64,000 bases of DNA. Source: Lentisphaerota bacterium (lineage in GTDB: Bacteria > Verrucomicrobiota > Lentisphaeria > Victivallales > UBA1829). The DNA is taken from contig SUVT01000002.1 in the NCBI GenBank assembly GCA_015061845.1, positions 4,057 through 68,056 on the forward strand, given 5' to 3'. Positions within the stretch are counted from its first letter, which is position 1. Each line of letters opens with the position of its first letter. Below are positions 47,804-55,966 of this stretch, piece by piece. The notes beneath the pieces are model-generated. The model was not told the DNA's origin, did no database searches, and saw only the letters and a program-made list of their open reading frames with translations. Position numbers and translations under genes: made by a program.

Positions 47804-50800
47804 TTTGTCACCTTTCCTTTCAGGAAGATATATCCATATTTACCAAGTTTGAACGTAACTTTATTTCCGCTGACATTCACCGGTTTATTGGTGTTTCCGT
47901 CAATAGCGGTAAATGCGCCGATATCAGTAATTTCAGCTGTCAGAGTTGCAGCTTCGCCGTAATTGCAAACCACAAGATAGAACTCTTTCCCTTTGCGGAG
48001 AAGAATGGAGCTGTTTTCTGCTCCGGTGATCTTCACAGGGTAGTTCTTATCCCAGTAGTTCAACACCTGAACTTTATCGTCCTGACCGTAACCGAACTTG
48101 TAGAAGCTTTCCAGCATGTGCCGGAAATCTTTGGAACGGGGACTTCCGAGGGTCCACTGGATTTCATGGGTAATCGCCACCCCTGCACCGGTTTCAGTAC
48201 AGAATTCCAGAACCTTTTTGTCTCCGGAAAGAAGACCGAGTGCAGCCGGAAGGTTACCGAACTGACGTGCGATCGTTGTTGCCCGGAGATATTCTTTGCT
48301 GTAACGCTGCTGGAAGGGATTGGATCCGAGATTATCTTCCCAGTCAAGGTTCTGCTGAACGAATGCACAGATCGGAACCATTGCGGCATTGGTCATATGA
48401 ACCATGTTGTTGGGAACTCTGCCAAGTTCCACCTGCATGATCGCTGTTCTCTTGGTGAGTTCACGGAGATCAAAGACTCCGAAAGAAGGCTGAAGTCTGC
48501 CGTCTTCCAGGATATATGCATCGGTGGATCCGCCGTAGTTTTCATTGGCACCAAGGAACATATCATCCCAGTAGATGTTGTCACAAGCACCGGTTTCGAT
48601 CATCTTCTTGTAACGGGTGATAGCGAAATCACGGTAGGTTTCAACAGGGGTAACACTGTACGCTTTGCTTGCGCCGTAGGAAGGCGGTGTTTTCCGGGAT
48701 TCCTGGAAATCTTCTCTGAACCAATCGTCAAGGAAGGTTCTGGATTCCGGAATATCGATCCGCTGTCCGCGGGCATTGGTGTAGAATGTGACGGAAAGAT
48801 CTGTTTTCTGTCCGAGATCGTTTGTGGTCGTGGAAGGTTTCCGGGACCATCTTGCGTTATGCAGACCGAAGTTGATCTCTCTGCGGTAAACGTCCATGGT
48901 ACGGGGACTGTTCTTGGGATATCCGGCAAGCCATTTTTCAAGGAAGCCTTTGGGGATCACACCGGTTCTGCGGATCTGACCGTACATTTCCCAGAGAGAG
49001 TGGTCACGATTCCGGGGGAACAGGTCATCAGAACCGCAAACCCCGCCCTGACAGAGACTGCTGCCATAGAAACGGATGGCATAATCCACATACTTATAGA
49101 ACTGAGTCGGGAAACCCCAGCTTGCCTGACGGCGGCGCCAGTTTTTCGGCATGGGTTTCACAGGGGTCGCCTGGAACGCCATCGTAATCTTCCGGGGCTC
49201 TTTCAGATTCACAGGTTTGGCAAACAGATTCATGACAAGCTCAATCTTTTCGCCTCTTCTGGTAATGGTCTGGGCGGGAACGTTCTTGTCGATGGACCAG
49301 CCTCTGTCATTATCACCGTAAACGCAGAATCCGGGACCTTCTTTTCCAAGCCAGATATAGGGAATATAGGAGGTGAGAATATTCCGTTTTGCGGCATCGG
49401 AAGACTTCCAGCTGTCAGGTGTTTTACCGGCATAGTTGAACCGCAAACCGTCGCCGCTTTCATGGAAAAGATATGCTTTCTCTGCATCCATCGGGACAAT
49501 CATTTTGAGTGAATCAACTTTGACACCCGGATTCATCACAAGGTCAAATTTCATCATACCGTCAAATTCAAAATGAATGACTGTTTTTCCTTTGAGAGGT
49601 CCTGCGGTCCACTCGGCAACAGCATTCACAACGGTATCGCTCTTCTTCGTGAATTTCACGCCTTTGCCCTTGGCAACATACTCTTTGCCGCCGATTTTGG
49701 CAATCAGTTTGATACCGCCATCCACAAACAGATCTTCGCCTGCTGCATTGACCTGTTTCCAGAATCCGGCAGAAGAAAGTGTATGTTTCCGGAGAACGGT
49801 ATAAACCGCCGGATCACCGGAGAAGAATCCGCCTTCGTCCACCTTCATAGCAGTGAAACCGGGGATCAGGATATCGCTCTTACCGATTTTGTTTCCTTCC
49901 CAATCAAAGAGTTTACGTTCAAATTTGAATTTCTGAGTGCTCTTTCCGCCGGTAATGATCAATTCATATTCCCCGGACGGATTCTTTGTTCTGGTGTAAG
50001 CCTTCAAGTCAGGCAGCTGGAACAGATAATCAAGAGCAAACTCTTTATTGAATGCGGGAAGCGTTGCTTTTGCAATGCTCTTTCCGCTCTTATCTTTCAC
50101 TTCTGCTGTGAATTTGCCAAGACCGAAAATTTCTTTGCCCATGGCACTGGCATCGATCTGCAGATAAATATTATTGGTGGAAGGATAGAATGCAAACTTT
50201 GCAGCGATCCGTTCCGCAGCAGAAAGTGCTTTGAAAATTTCACGTTTTTCTTTTTTCCAGAGGAAAGAACGGAAATAGATGTTGTTTCCTTTGGCATCCG
50301 TAACTTTGTAAGCCGCCTGAACAGTTTCGCCGTCAGCCACCTGTGCGGTGGGCAGCTGGATCTGTCTGGTCTCTCCGGCTTTCAGCGTGTAACTCTTCTT
50401 TTCATTGATAGACTGGGAGTTGACCGGCTTATGGACATAATGTGTATTGATCGTGACAGTTTTGGAGGAGGGATTGTAGAAGCTGACCTGAAGGTTCGGC
50501 TTCTGATCCTTGGTGATGTCCAGAAAACGGACTACCGGCGTATCCTGTTTCATGGTCAGAGTCGGGATCTTGAATGTATCAAAGAATGCGCACTTGACCT
50601 GACTCCAGCTGCTCTGGATCGCCCACTGTGGTGAGAAAGAGATCCCGCGCCAGTTGCGGCAGATACGAAGCCCGATGGTTGTTCCATCTTTCCAGCCTTT
50701 GATTCCGAACTGATCCAGAGGAAATGCGATTTCATAGGTCCACTTCCCGTTGGCAAGCGTTCCTTTGGCTGTAAATTTGGGTTCCCATCCGCAGTTGGAA

Positions 50801-51255
50801 CCGTTCTTCTTTGCGGTTGCAGAATATGCACCCTTGTTATTAAGGATCACATGATAAAGATCAGGAACTTTTGCGCCGGGATTGGGGGTGAATACAAATT
50901 CATGGGTATCATCGGCAAAAACGTTTCCGTTTCTACCTTTGCGCATCCGCTGCAGAATTCCGGAAGGAGCTGTCTCACACTCCGTGGCAATGTAAAGATT
51001 TTTGCCATCGGTTCCGACCTGAAAACGGGCATCAGCATCGAAGATCGGCAGCATTGCGATTCGTCCGAGAACTTCAGAAAAACCATTCATTCCGGCAGTG
51101 TAACGCTCTTCCTCCGGAGAGATTTTTCCATCGATCTTAAAAGTTTTCAGTTTCGGTACTGTTACACTTGGCGGTGTATCAAAGTACGCATCGGAAGCTC
51201 CGGCAGTCAGAAAAAGCCCTGCAGCCAAAGCAGCCAAACTTGATTTCAAGTTCAT
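47800..51255 (-). CDS. large secreted CBM9-like + glycoside-hydrolase-like protein (GH123/DUF4091-like? unverified)
   Basis: 1151 aa from MNLKSSLAALAAGLFLTAGA (signal peptide, AAGGAG RBS). The N-terminal domain is CBM9/DOMON-like (FKIDGKISPEE...GKNLYIATECE...WTYEIAFPL). The remainder is unrecognised. The listed 1779-aa ORF extends antisense through uxaB and is rejected. Confidence 0.7.
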   Translation of the reverse strand: MNLKSSLAALAAGLFLTAGASDAYFDTPPSVTVPKLKTFKIDGKISPEEERYTAGMNGFSEVLGRIAMLPIFDADARFQVGTDGKNLYIATECETAPSGILQRMRKGRNGNVFADDTHEFVFTPNPGAKVPDLYHVILNNKGAYSATAKKNGSNCGWEPKFTAKGTLANGKWTYEIAFPLDQFGIKGWKDGTTIGLRICRNWRGISFSPQWAIQSSWSQVKCAFFDTFKIPTLTMKQDTPVVRFLDITKDQKPNLQVSFYNPSSKTVTINTHYVHKPVNSQSINEKKSYTLKAGETRQIQLPTAQVADGETVQAAYKVTDAKGNNIYFRSFLWKKEKREIFKALSAAERIAAKFAFYPSTNNIYLQIDASAMGKEIFGLGKFTAEVKDKSGKSIAKATLPAFNKEFALDYLFQLPDLKAYTRTKNPSGEYELIITGGKSTQKFKFERKLFDWEGNKIGKSDILIPGFTAMKVDEGGFFSGDPAVYTVLRKHTLSSAGFWKQVNAAGEDLFVDGGIKLIAKIGGKEYVAKGKGVKFTKKSDTVVNAVAEWTAGPLKGKTVIHFEFDGMMKFDLVMNPGVKVDSLKMIVPMDAEKAYLFHESGDGLRFNYAGKTPDSWKSSDAAKRNILTSYIPYIWLGKEGPGFCVYGDNDRGWSIDKNVPAQTITRRGEKIELVMNLFAKPVNLKEPRKITMAFQATPVKPMPKNWRRRQASWGFPTQFYKYVDYAIRFYGSSLCQGGVCGSDDLFPRNRDHSLWEMYGQIRRTGVIPKGFLEKWLAGYPKNSPRTMDVYRREINFGLHNARWSRKPSTTTNDLGQKTDLSVTFYTNARGQRIDIPESRTFLDDWFREDFQESRKTPPSYGASKAYSVTPVETYRDFAITRYKKMIETGACDNIYWDDMFLGANENYGGSTDAYILEDGRLQPSFGVFDLRELTKRTAIMQVELGRVPNNMVHMTNAAMVPICAFVQQNLDWEDNLGSNPFQQRYSKEYLRATTIARQFGNLPAALGLLSGDKKVLEFCTETGAGVAITHEIQWTLGSPRSKDFRHMLESFYKFGYGQDDKVQVLNYWDKNYPVKITGAENSSILLRKGKEFYLVVCNYGEAATLTAEITDIGAFTAIDGNTNKPVNVSGNKVTFKLGKYGYIFLKGKVTK

Positions 51256-51321
51256 AAGTGAACTCCTTTCCTGTTTTTTATTTTTGAGTAGAATATACAA
51301 AAAATCTGTTATACCTGTTAT

Positions 51322-51350
51322 ATTATAACTCTGGAATAAATAATTGTCAA
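51322..51350 (-). promoter_or_regulatory. perfect-consensus sigma70 promoter (TTGACA-17-TATAAT) for the 47057-51255 operon
   Basis: The minus strand reads CACTTGACA-attatttattccagagt-TATAAT-A. It is immediately followed by the tandem direct repeat TATAACAG-G-TATAACAG (plus strand 51306-51322). Confidence 0.55.
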
Positions 51351-51443
51351 GTGAAAAACAGAAACTTTTTTCAGCAGAAACACATTTTTTTAATTTTTTT
51401 AACAGAAACATTGAAAATATATTTTTTCTTTCACGATTTTTAC

Positions 51444-51472
51444 TTGAAAATGCCAACGTTGGCAAGTATAGT
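51444..51472 (+). promoter_or_regulatory. uxaB promoter (TTGAAA-17-TATAGT) with a perfect 14-bp LacI-type palindromic operator TGCCAACGTTGGCA in the spacer
   Basis: TTGAAA 51444-51449, palindrome 51451-51464, TATAGT 51467-51472. The palindrome fits the generic LacI-family pattern TGnnAnCGnTnnCA. Confidence 0.6.
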
Positions 51473-51519
51473 ACCACAAATGTTCTACTGATACAGAAAT
51501 AATAGAAAGGATATCCAAA

Positions 51520-52959
51520 ATGAGCCTGCTCAAAAGAACAGAACCCGTTAACATGCCCGTAAAAGTCATTCAGTTCGGCGAAGGTAACTTCCTCCGCGCA
51601 TTCATCGACTGGATGATCAACACCATGAACAAACAGGGAAAATTCAACGGAATGGTCCAGATCGTTCAGCCCCTCGAACAGGGAATGAGCGATATGATCA
51701 ACGCTCAGGAAGGTCTTTACACCCTTGTCCTCCGCGGTGTCGAAAACGGCAAAATCGTGGAAAATAAAGAAGTCATCGAATGTGTCAAAGGCTGCTTGAA
51801 CCCCTATCATCAGTGGCTCGAAACCGTCCGCGCTTTCTGCGGTAAAGATGTCCGGTTCGTCTTCTCCAACACCACCGAAGCCGGAATCGAATTCAAAGAA
51901 GAACCTTACACCCCCGGTCAGTGCCAGAACACCTATCCGGCAAAAATCACAAGTCTTCTTTATGAACGTTTTGCAGCCGGTGAAAAAGGTTTGAACTTCC
52001 TCCCCTGCGAACTCATCGACAAAAACGGAACCAATCTCAAGAACTGCATCCTCAAGTATGCCGATCTCTGGAACCTCTCCGAAGAGTTCAAAAACTGGGT
52101 CAAAACGGAAAACACCTTCTTTAACACACTTGTCGACCGCATCGTTGCCGGTTATCCCCGCAATGAAGCCGCTGAAATGGAAAAACAGTTCGGCTATGAA
52201 GATAAACTTATCGACTGCGGCGAAATCTTCCATTTCTTCGTCATCGAAGGACCTAAATCCATTGAAGAGGAACTTCCCCTTCAGGCTGCCGGGCTCAATG
52301 TTGTCATTACCGATAATCAGACCCCTTACCGTACAAGAAAAGTCCGTTTCCTCAACGGCGCACACACCGGAAACGTTCTCGCTGCAAGTCTCGGCGGCTT
52401 GACTTACGTCGACGAAATGATGAAAGATCCTGTCTTCGGAAAACTCGTCCGGAAGTCCGTCAAAGAGGAAATCTACTGCACCGTTGACCTGCCCGATCAG
52501 GAAAAGACTTTCTTCGCAGATTCTGTCATGGAACGCTTTGAAAATCCCTTTGCCATGCACCGTCTGCTTTCCATCTCTCTGAACTCCGTTTCCAAGTGGA
52601 AGGTCCGCGTGCTTCCCAGCTTGCTGGATTATGTCAAACTCAATGCAAAACTTCCCCAGTGCCTGGCATTCTCTCTGGCAGCTTTGATCCGCTTCTACAT
52701 GCAGAACGACAAGGCGGAAGGCACTAGCGAACATGGAACCTATCCTGTTTCCGACTCCCCTGACATTCTGAAATTCTTTGCCGGTCTCACCCCGCAGCTG
52801 GAAACAGCTCCTGCCGATGCAGTCAAAGCGATTCTGGCAAATACCTCTTTCTGGGAAATGGATCTTAACACCATCCCCGGAATGACCGATTATGTCACGG
52901 AAAAATTTGTCATGATCCGCGAAAAGGGAATCCGTGCGGCTGCAGAAAGCATCCTCTGA
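51520..52959 (+). CDS. uxaB: tagaturonate reductase (altronate oxidoreductase), mannitol dehydrogenase family
   Basis: 479 aa. VIQFGEGNFLRAFIDWMI N-terminus and overall layout are typical of UxaB. Confidence 0.88.
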   Translation: MSLLKRTEPVNMPVKVIQFGEGNFLRAFIDWMINTMNKQGKFNGMVQIVQPLEQGMSDMINAQEGLYTLVLRGVENGKIVENKEVIECVKGCLNPYHQWLETVRAFCGKDVRFVFSNTTEAGIEFKEEPYTPGQCQNTYPAKITSLLYERFAAGEKGLNFLPCELIDKNGTNLKNCILKYADLWNLSEEFKNWVKTENTFFNTLVDRIVAGYPRNEAAEMEKQFGYEDKLIDCGEIFHFFVIEGPKSIEEELPLQAAGLNVVITDNQTPYRTRKVRFLNGAHTGNVLAASLGGLTYVDEMMKDPVFGKLVRKSVKEEIYCTVDLPDQEKTFFADSVMERFENPFAMHRLLSISLNSVSKWKVRVLPSLLDYVKLNAKLPQCLAFSLAALIRFYMQNDKAEGTSEHGTYPVSDSPDILKFFAGLTPQLETAPADAVKAILANTSFWEMDLNTIPGMTDYVTEKFVMIREKGIRAAAESIL

Positions 52960-52969
52960 GGAGAATATC

Positions 52970-54448
52970 ATGAAGTTTATCAAAATCCATCCCTCTGACA
53001 ATGTGGCAGTTGCTCTGGAACATCTCGAAGCCGGAGAAAACGCGATCGTCACATTGAAAGAAGCTGTCGGACGCGGACACAAGTTTGCACTGAAAGAGAT
53101 CAAAGCAGGCGAAAATATTCTGAAGTACGGCATGCCCATCGGCAGCGCAAAACAGGATATCCAGCCCGGCGAAAAAGTCCATACTCATAACATGAAAACC
53201 CGTCTTTCCGGGATTCTGGATTATCAGTATGACAAAGAAGATATCGCAGCCCGCCCTGCCCCTGAAAAAGAGCTGTTCTTTCAGGGATTCCGCAGAAAAG
53301 ACGGCAAAGTCGGGATCAGAAACCACCTCTGGATCGTTCCGACTGTCGGCTGTGTGAACCGTCTTGCCCAGAATCTTGCCGACGAAGTCAACCGTTCTCT
53401 TCTTCCCAAAGGAACTCTTGACCGTGCAATGGCTCTCACTCATCCTTACGGCTGTTCCCAGCTTGGAAAAGATCACGAACTCACCCGGCTCCTTCTGGCT
53501 GACTTCGTCCATCACCCCAACGCCGGAGCGGTTCTCGTTGTCGGTCTCGGCTGCGAAAACAATACCGCCGAACAGTTCAAGGAAGAGCTGGGCGATTACG
53601 ACAAGGAACGGATCCGTTTTCTCATCGCACAGGATGGCATTGATGAGTTCACCGAGGGAATGAAGATCCTGAAAGAACTTGCAGAAGTTGCCAAAGATGA
53701 CAAACGGGAACCGATCCCGGTCAACGAACTTGTCATCGGTTTGAAATGCGGCGGCTCCGACGGTCTTTCCGGTATCACTGCAAACGCACTTGTCGGAACA
53801 TTCTCTGACAGACTTTCCGCTTGCGGAGGAACAACGATCCTCTCTGAAGTTCCGGAGATGTTCGGGGCGGAAACCATCCTCATGAACCGCTGTGCCACAC
53901 GCTCCATTTTCGATAAATGCGTGGATATGATCAACGGCTTCAAAGAGTATTTCATGCGCTACAAGCAGACCATCTATGAAAATCCCTCTCCCGGCAATAA
54001 AGACGGCGGGATCTCCACTCTGGAAGATAAATCCATGGGCTGCACCCAGAAAGCCGGAACGGCTCAGGTCGTAGATGTTCTTGAAATGGGCGGAAGAGTG
54101 GAAAAACAGGGCTTGAACCTGTTGAGCGGTCCCGGTAATGATATGGTCGCAACGACTTTGCTGACCGCTGCCGGAGCGCATATCGTTCTCTTCACCACCG
54201 GACGCGGCACCCCCTTCGGCGGCGTTGTTCCGACTTTGAAGATCGCCTCCAACTCCGATCTGGCAACCCGGAAAGGACACTGGATCGACTTCAATGCGGG
54301 CCGTTTGATCGAAGACGGCGCAGATCAGCAGGCATTGGAAGAAGAGTTCTTCCAGCTCGTCCTGAAAACCGCCGACGGAGAACCCGCACGGAACGAAGTT
54401 TATCATTACGAAGAAATCGCCATTTTCAAAGACGGAGTAACCCTCTGA
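52970..54448 (+). CDS. uxaA: altronate dehydratase
   Basis: MKFIKIHPSDNVAVAL SAF domain followed by a UxaA/GarD C-terminal domain. GAGGAG RBS. Start moved from the listed 52934. Confidence 0.88.
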   Translation: MKFIKIHPSDNVAVALEHLEAGENAIVTLKEAVGRGHKFALKEIKAGENILKYGMPIGSAKQDIQPGEKVHTHNMKTRLSGILDYQYDKEDIAARPAPEKELFFQGFRRKDGKVGIRNHLWIVPTVGCVNRLAQNLADEVNRSLLPKGTLDRAMALTHPYGCSQLGKDHELTRLLLADFVHHPNAGAVLVVGLGCENNTAEQFKEELGDYDKERIRFLIAQDGIDEFTEGMKILKELAEVAKDDKREPIPVNELVIGLKCGGSDGLSGITANALVGTFSDRLSACGGTTILSEVPEMFGAETILMNRCATRSIFDKCVDMINGFKEYFMRYKQTIYENPSPGNKDGGISTLEDKSMGCTQKAGTAQVVDVLEMGGRVEKQGLNLLSGPGNDMVATTLLTAAGAHIVLFTTGRGTPFGGVVPTLKIASNSDLATRKGHWIDFNAGRLIEDGADQQALEEEFFQLVLKTADGEPARNEVYHYEEIAIFKDGVTL

Positions 54449-54449
54449 T

Positions 54450-55412
54450 ATGGCAATCACTTTGAAACAGCTGGCTGAATTGTCCGGGGTCTCCATCCGG
54501 ACAGTCAGCCGTGTTCTCAAAAATCAGGCGCATGTGCAGGAGGAAAAACGGGAACGGATCCTTGCACTTGCCAAAAAACACCATTATGTCACCAACATGG
54601 CGGCACGGAATCTGCGGCTCAACCGCTCCCGGTTCGTCGGGATCCTCTGTTCCAACGCACCTTATGAGATTTTCCGGCAGAAACTCCAGGATCTGGAAAC
54701 CCGGCTGGAAACAAAAGGCTATTATCCCATCATGGCTTGCTGCGACGGTTCTGCGGAACAGATCGAAAAAATCTTTTCCGACTGGTCCGGGCTGGTGGAT
54801 TTTGTGGTCGTCTCTCTTTTCGATGTGCCGCTGCCGTCAAAGCAGTTGCCCGAACTTTTTGAACGCTTCTCCATGACTCCGATCTATGTGGATCAGGAAG
54901 AAGATTTTCCGGGACATCATCTGACCATCAACCGGGCAACCGGCATCAGGGATGCCATCTCCGTTCTCATCCGGAACGGCAAAAAACGGATCCTCCGCTG
55001 CGGCTCTCTTCAATCCCGTGAAACCGGACTTCAACAGGCATTTTCGGAAACTCCGGCAGAAAAATGCCCGGAGCTGTTGCGTATGGAAGAAGAGGCAACC
55101 TTTAAAAACGGCTGTCTTCTTGGAAAAAAAATCATGGAAACCGGAGCTGATGCAGTATTTTTTGACACGGATAAAATGGCTCTCGGTTTTCTGAATTATG
55201 CCGCACAAAATAAAATTCCGATCCCGGAAAAGCTCTCTGTCATCGGGTTCGATGATGATATTTCCGGACAGATCATTTATCCGTCACTCAGTACAGTTGC
55301 CCACCCGACAGAAGAGTTGAATGAAGCGATTCTTACGATCATCAACGCACGTCCGGAAAAGCCTATCAAAAAAGAGTTTTCCACCCGTTTCATCCAGCGT
55401 GAAAGCTGCTGA
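54450..55412 (+). CDS. LacI/GalR-family transcriptional regulator, last gene of the uxaB-uxaA operon
   Basis: MAITLKQLAELSGVSIRTVSRVLKN HTH followed by a sugar-binding domain. Its ATG lies 1 nt after the uxaA stop. Confidence 0.85.
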   Translation: MAITLKQLAELSGVSIRTVSRVLKNQAHVQEEKRERILALAKKHHYVTNMAARNLRLNRSRFVGILCSNAPYEIFRQKLQDLETRLETKGYYPIMACCDGSAEQIEKIFSDWSGLVDFVVVSLFDVPLPSKQLPELFERFSMTPIYVDQEEDFPGHHLTINRATGIRDAISVLIRNGKKRILRCGSLQSRETGLQQAFSETPAEKCPELLRMEEEATFKNGCLLGKKIMETGADAVFFDTDKMALGFLNYAAQNKIPIPEKLSVIGFDDDISGQIIYPSLSTVAHPTEELNEAILTIINARPEKPIKKEFSTRFIQRESC

Positions 55413-55459
55413 AAACAAAGATTTAAGCTCTGTTTCCTTTTTTCCAAACCTTTTTGCGG

Positions 55460-55702
55460 GGCTGTTGCAAAACCTGTTTGTAGAAAACGCATTTTAATTG
55501 TGTTTTTTGTACGGAGTGAACGGAGGTTACAGAGATTACGGAAGGGGGTTGGTATTAAAAAAACAACCGTTGCCCAAGAGATTTTTTTTATTTCTTTTGA
55601 GAAATCATCCGGTAATAACCAAAAATGCCTCCGTACACTCGGTAAACTCCGTTCACTCTGTACGAAAATGCTCTTTCAAAATTTTCAGGTTTTGCAACAG
55701 CC
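55460..55702. repeat. 243-bp nested inverted-repeat element (MITE-like or long structured RNA)
   Basis: Outer arms are a perfect 17-bp inverted repeat: GGCTGTTGCAAAACCTG (55460-55476) and CAGGTTTTGCAACAGCC (55686-55702). Inner arms are GTACGGAGTGAACGGAGGTTAC (55509-55530) and GTAAACTCCGTTCACTCTGTAC (55642-55663), complementary at 20 of 22 positions. An additional direct repeat CTCCGT(A/T)CACTC occurs at 55629 and 55647. Confidence 0.6.
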
Positions 55703-55794
55703 TCATCTTAAAGTAAAAATAGCAGAAGGATTTACCAACCTGTATGGGGAACAGCGCTTTACAAAAAAATATAAAAAATATTATCATTCTCCTC

Positions 55795-55823
55795 TTGACA
55801 ATTATGCATTAATGTTGTATAAT
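55795..55823 (+). promoter_or_regulatory. perfect-consensus sigma70 promoter (TTGACA-17-TATAAT) of the 55967-62073 operon
   Basis: CCTCTTGACA-attatgcattaatgttg-TATAAT-G. The -10 element lies about 144 nt upstream of the ATG at 55967. Confidence 0.6.
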
Positions 55824-55966
55824 GAAAAAGTAAAAAAAAAGATCATTTGCAACTTCGCATATTCTTCATTATGTTAACTCCTTCCGTTAGTTTTTCCCTT
55901 TTTCAAGGGGTATTTTTATTATTTTTTTTGTAACTTGTTGATTATCAATCATCACGACTTAACATA

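Noticed and set aside
45472-50634. Plus-strand ORFs of 475 aa (45472..46899), 576 aa (47782..49512) and 353 aa (49573..50634).
   Set aside because: They are antisense to long minus-strand genes that have signal peptides, RBSs and coupled starts. Their composition is typical of reverse-frame translation (rich in F, C, R and G). No start signals are present.
51256-53139. The N-terminal 628 codons of the listed 1779-aa minus-strand ORF (47800..53139).
   Set aside because: This part runs antisense through the intergenic region and the whole of uxaB, which is a confidently recognisable gene on the plus strand. The real gene starts at ATG 51255 (MNLKSSLAALAAGLFLTAGA), which has an AAGGAG RBS and a signal peptide, and a perfect promoter lies at 51322-51350, inside the supposed coding region.
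52910-54520. 536-aa minus-strand ORF.
   Set aside because: It is antisense to uxaA (altronate dehydratase), which is clearly recognisable. It is a shadow ORF.
55498-55877. 72-aa and 125-aa plus-strand ORFs in the lacI-pilin intergenic region.
   Set aside because: They run through the inverted-repeat element and the promoter, have no RBS and give implausible sequence. I interpret the region as non-coding repeat plus promoter.
55897-55925. Small hairpin CCCTT-tttc-AAGGG followed by a T-rich tract in the 5' leader of the 55967 operon (possible attenuator).
   Set aside because: The stem is only 5 bp. It is indistinguishable from chance in AT-rich DNA, and no riboswitch-like conserved core is recognised.
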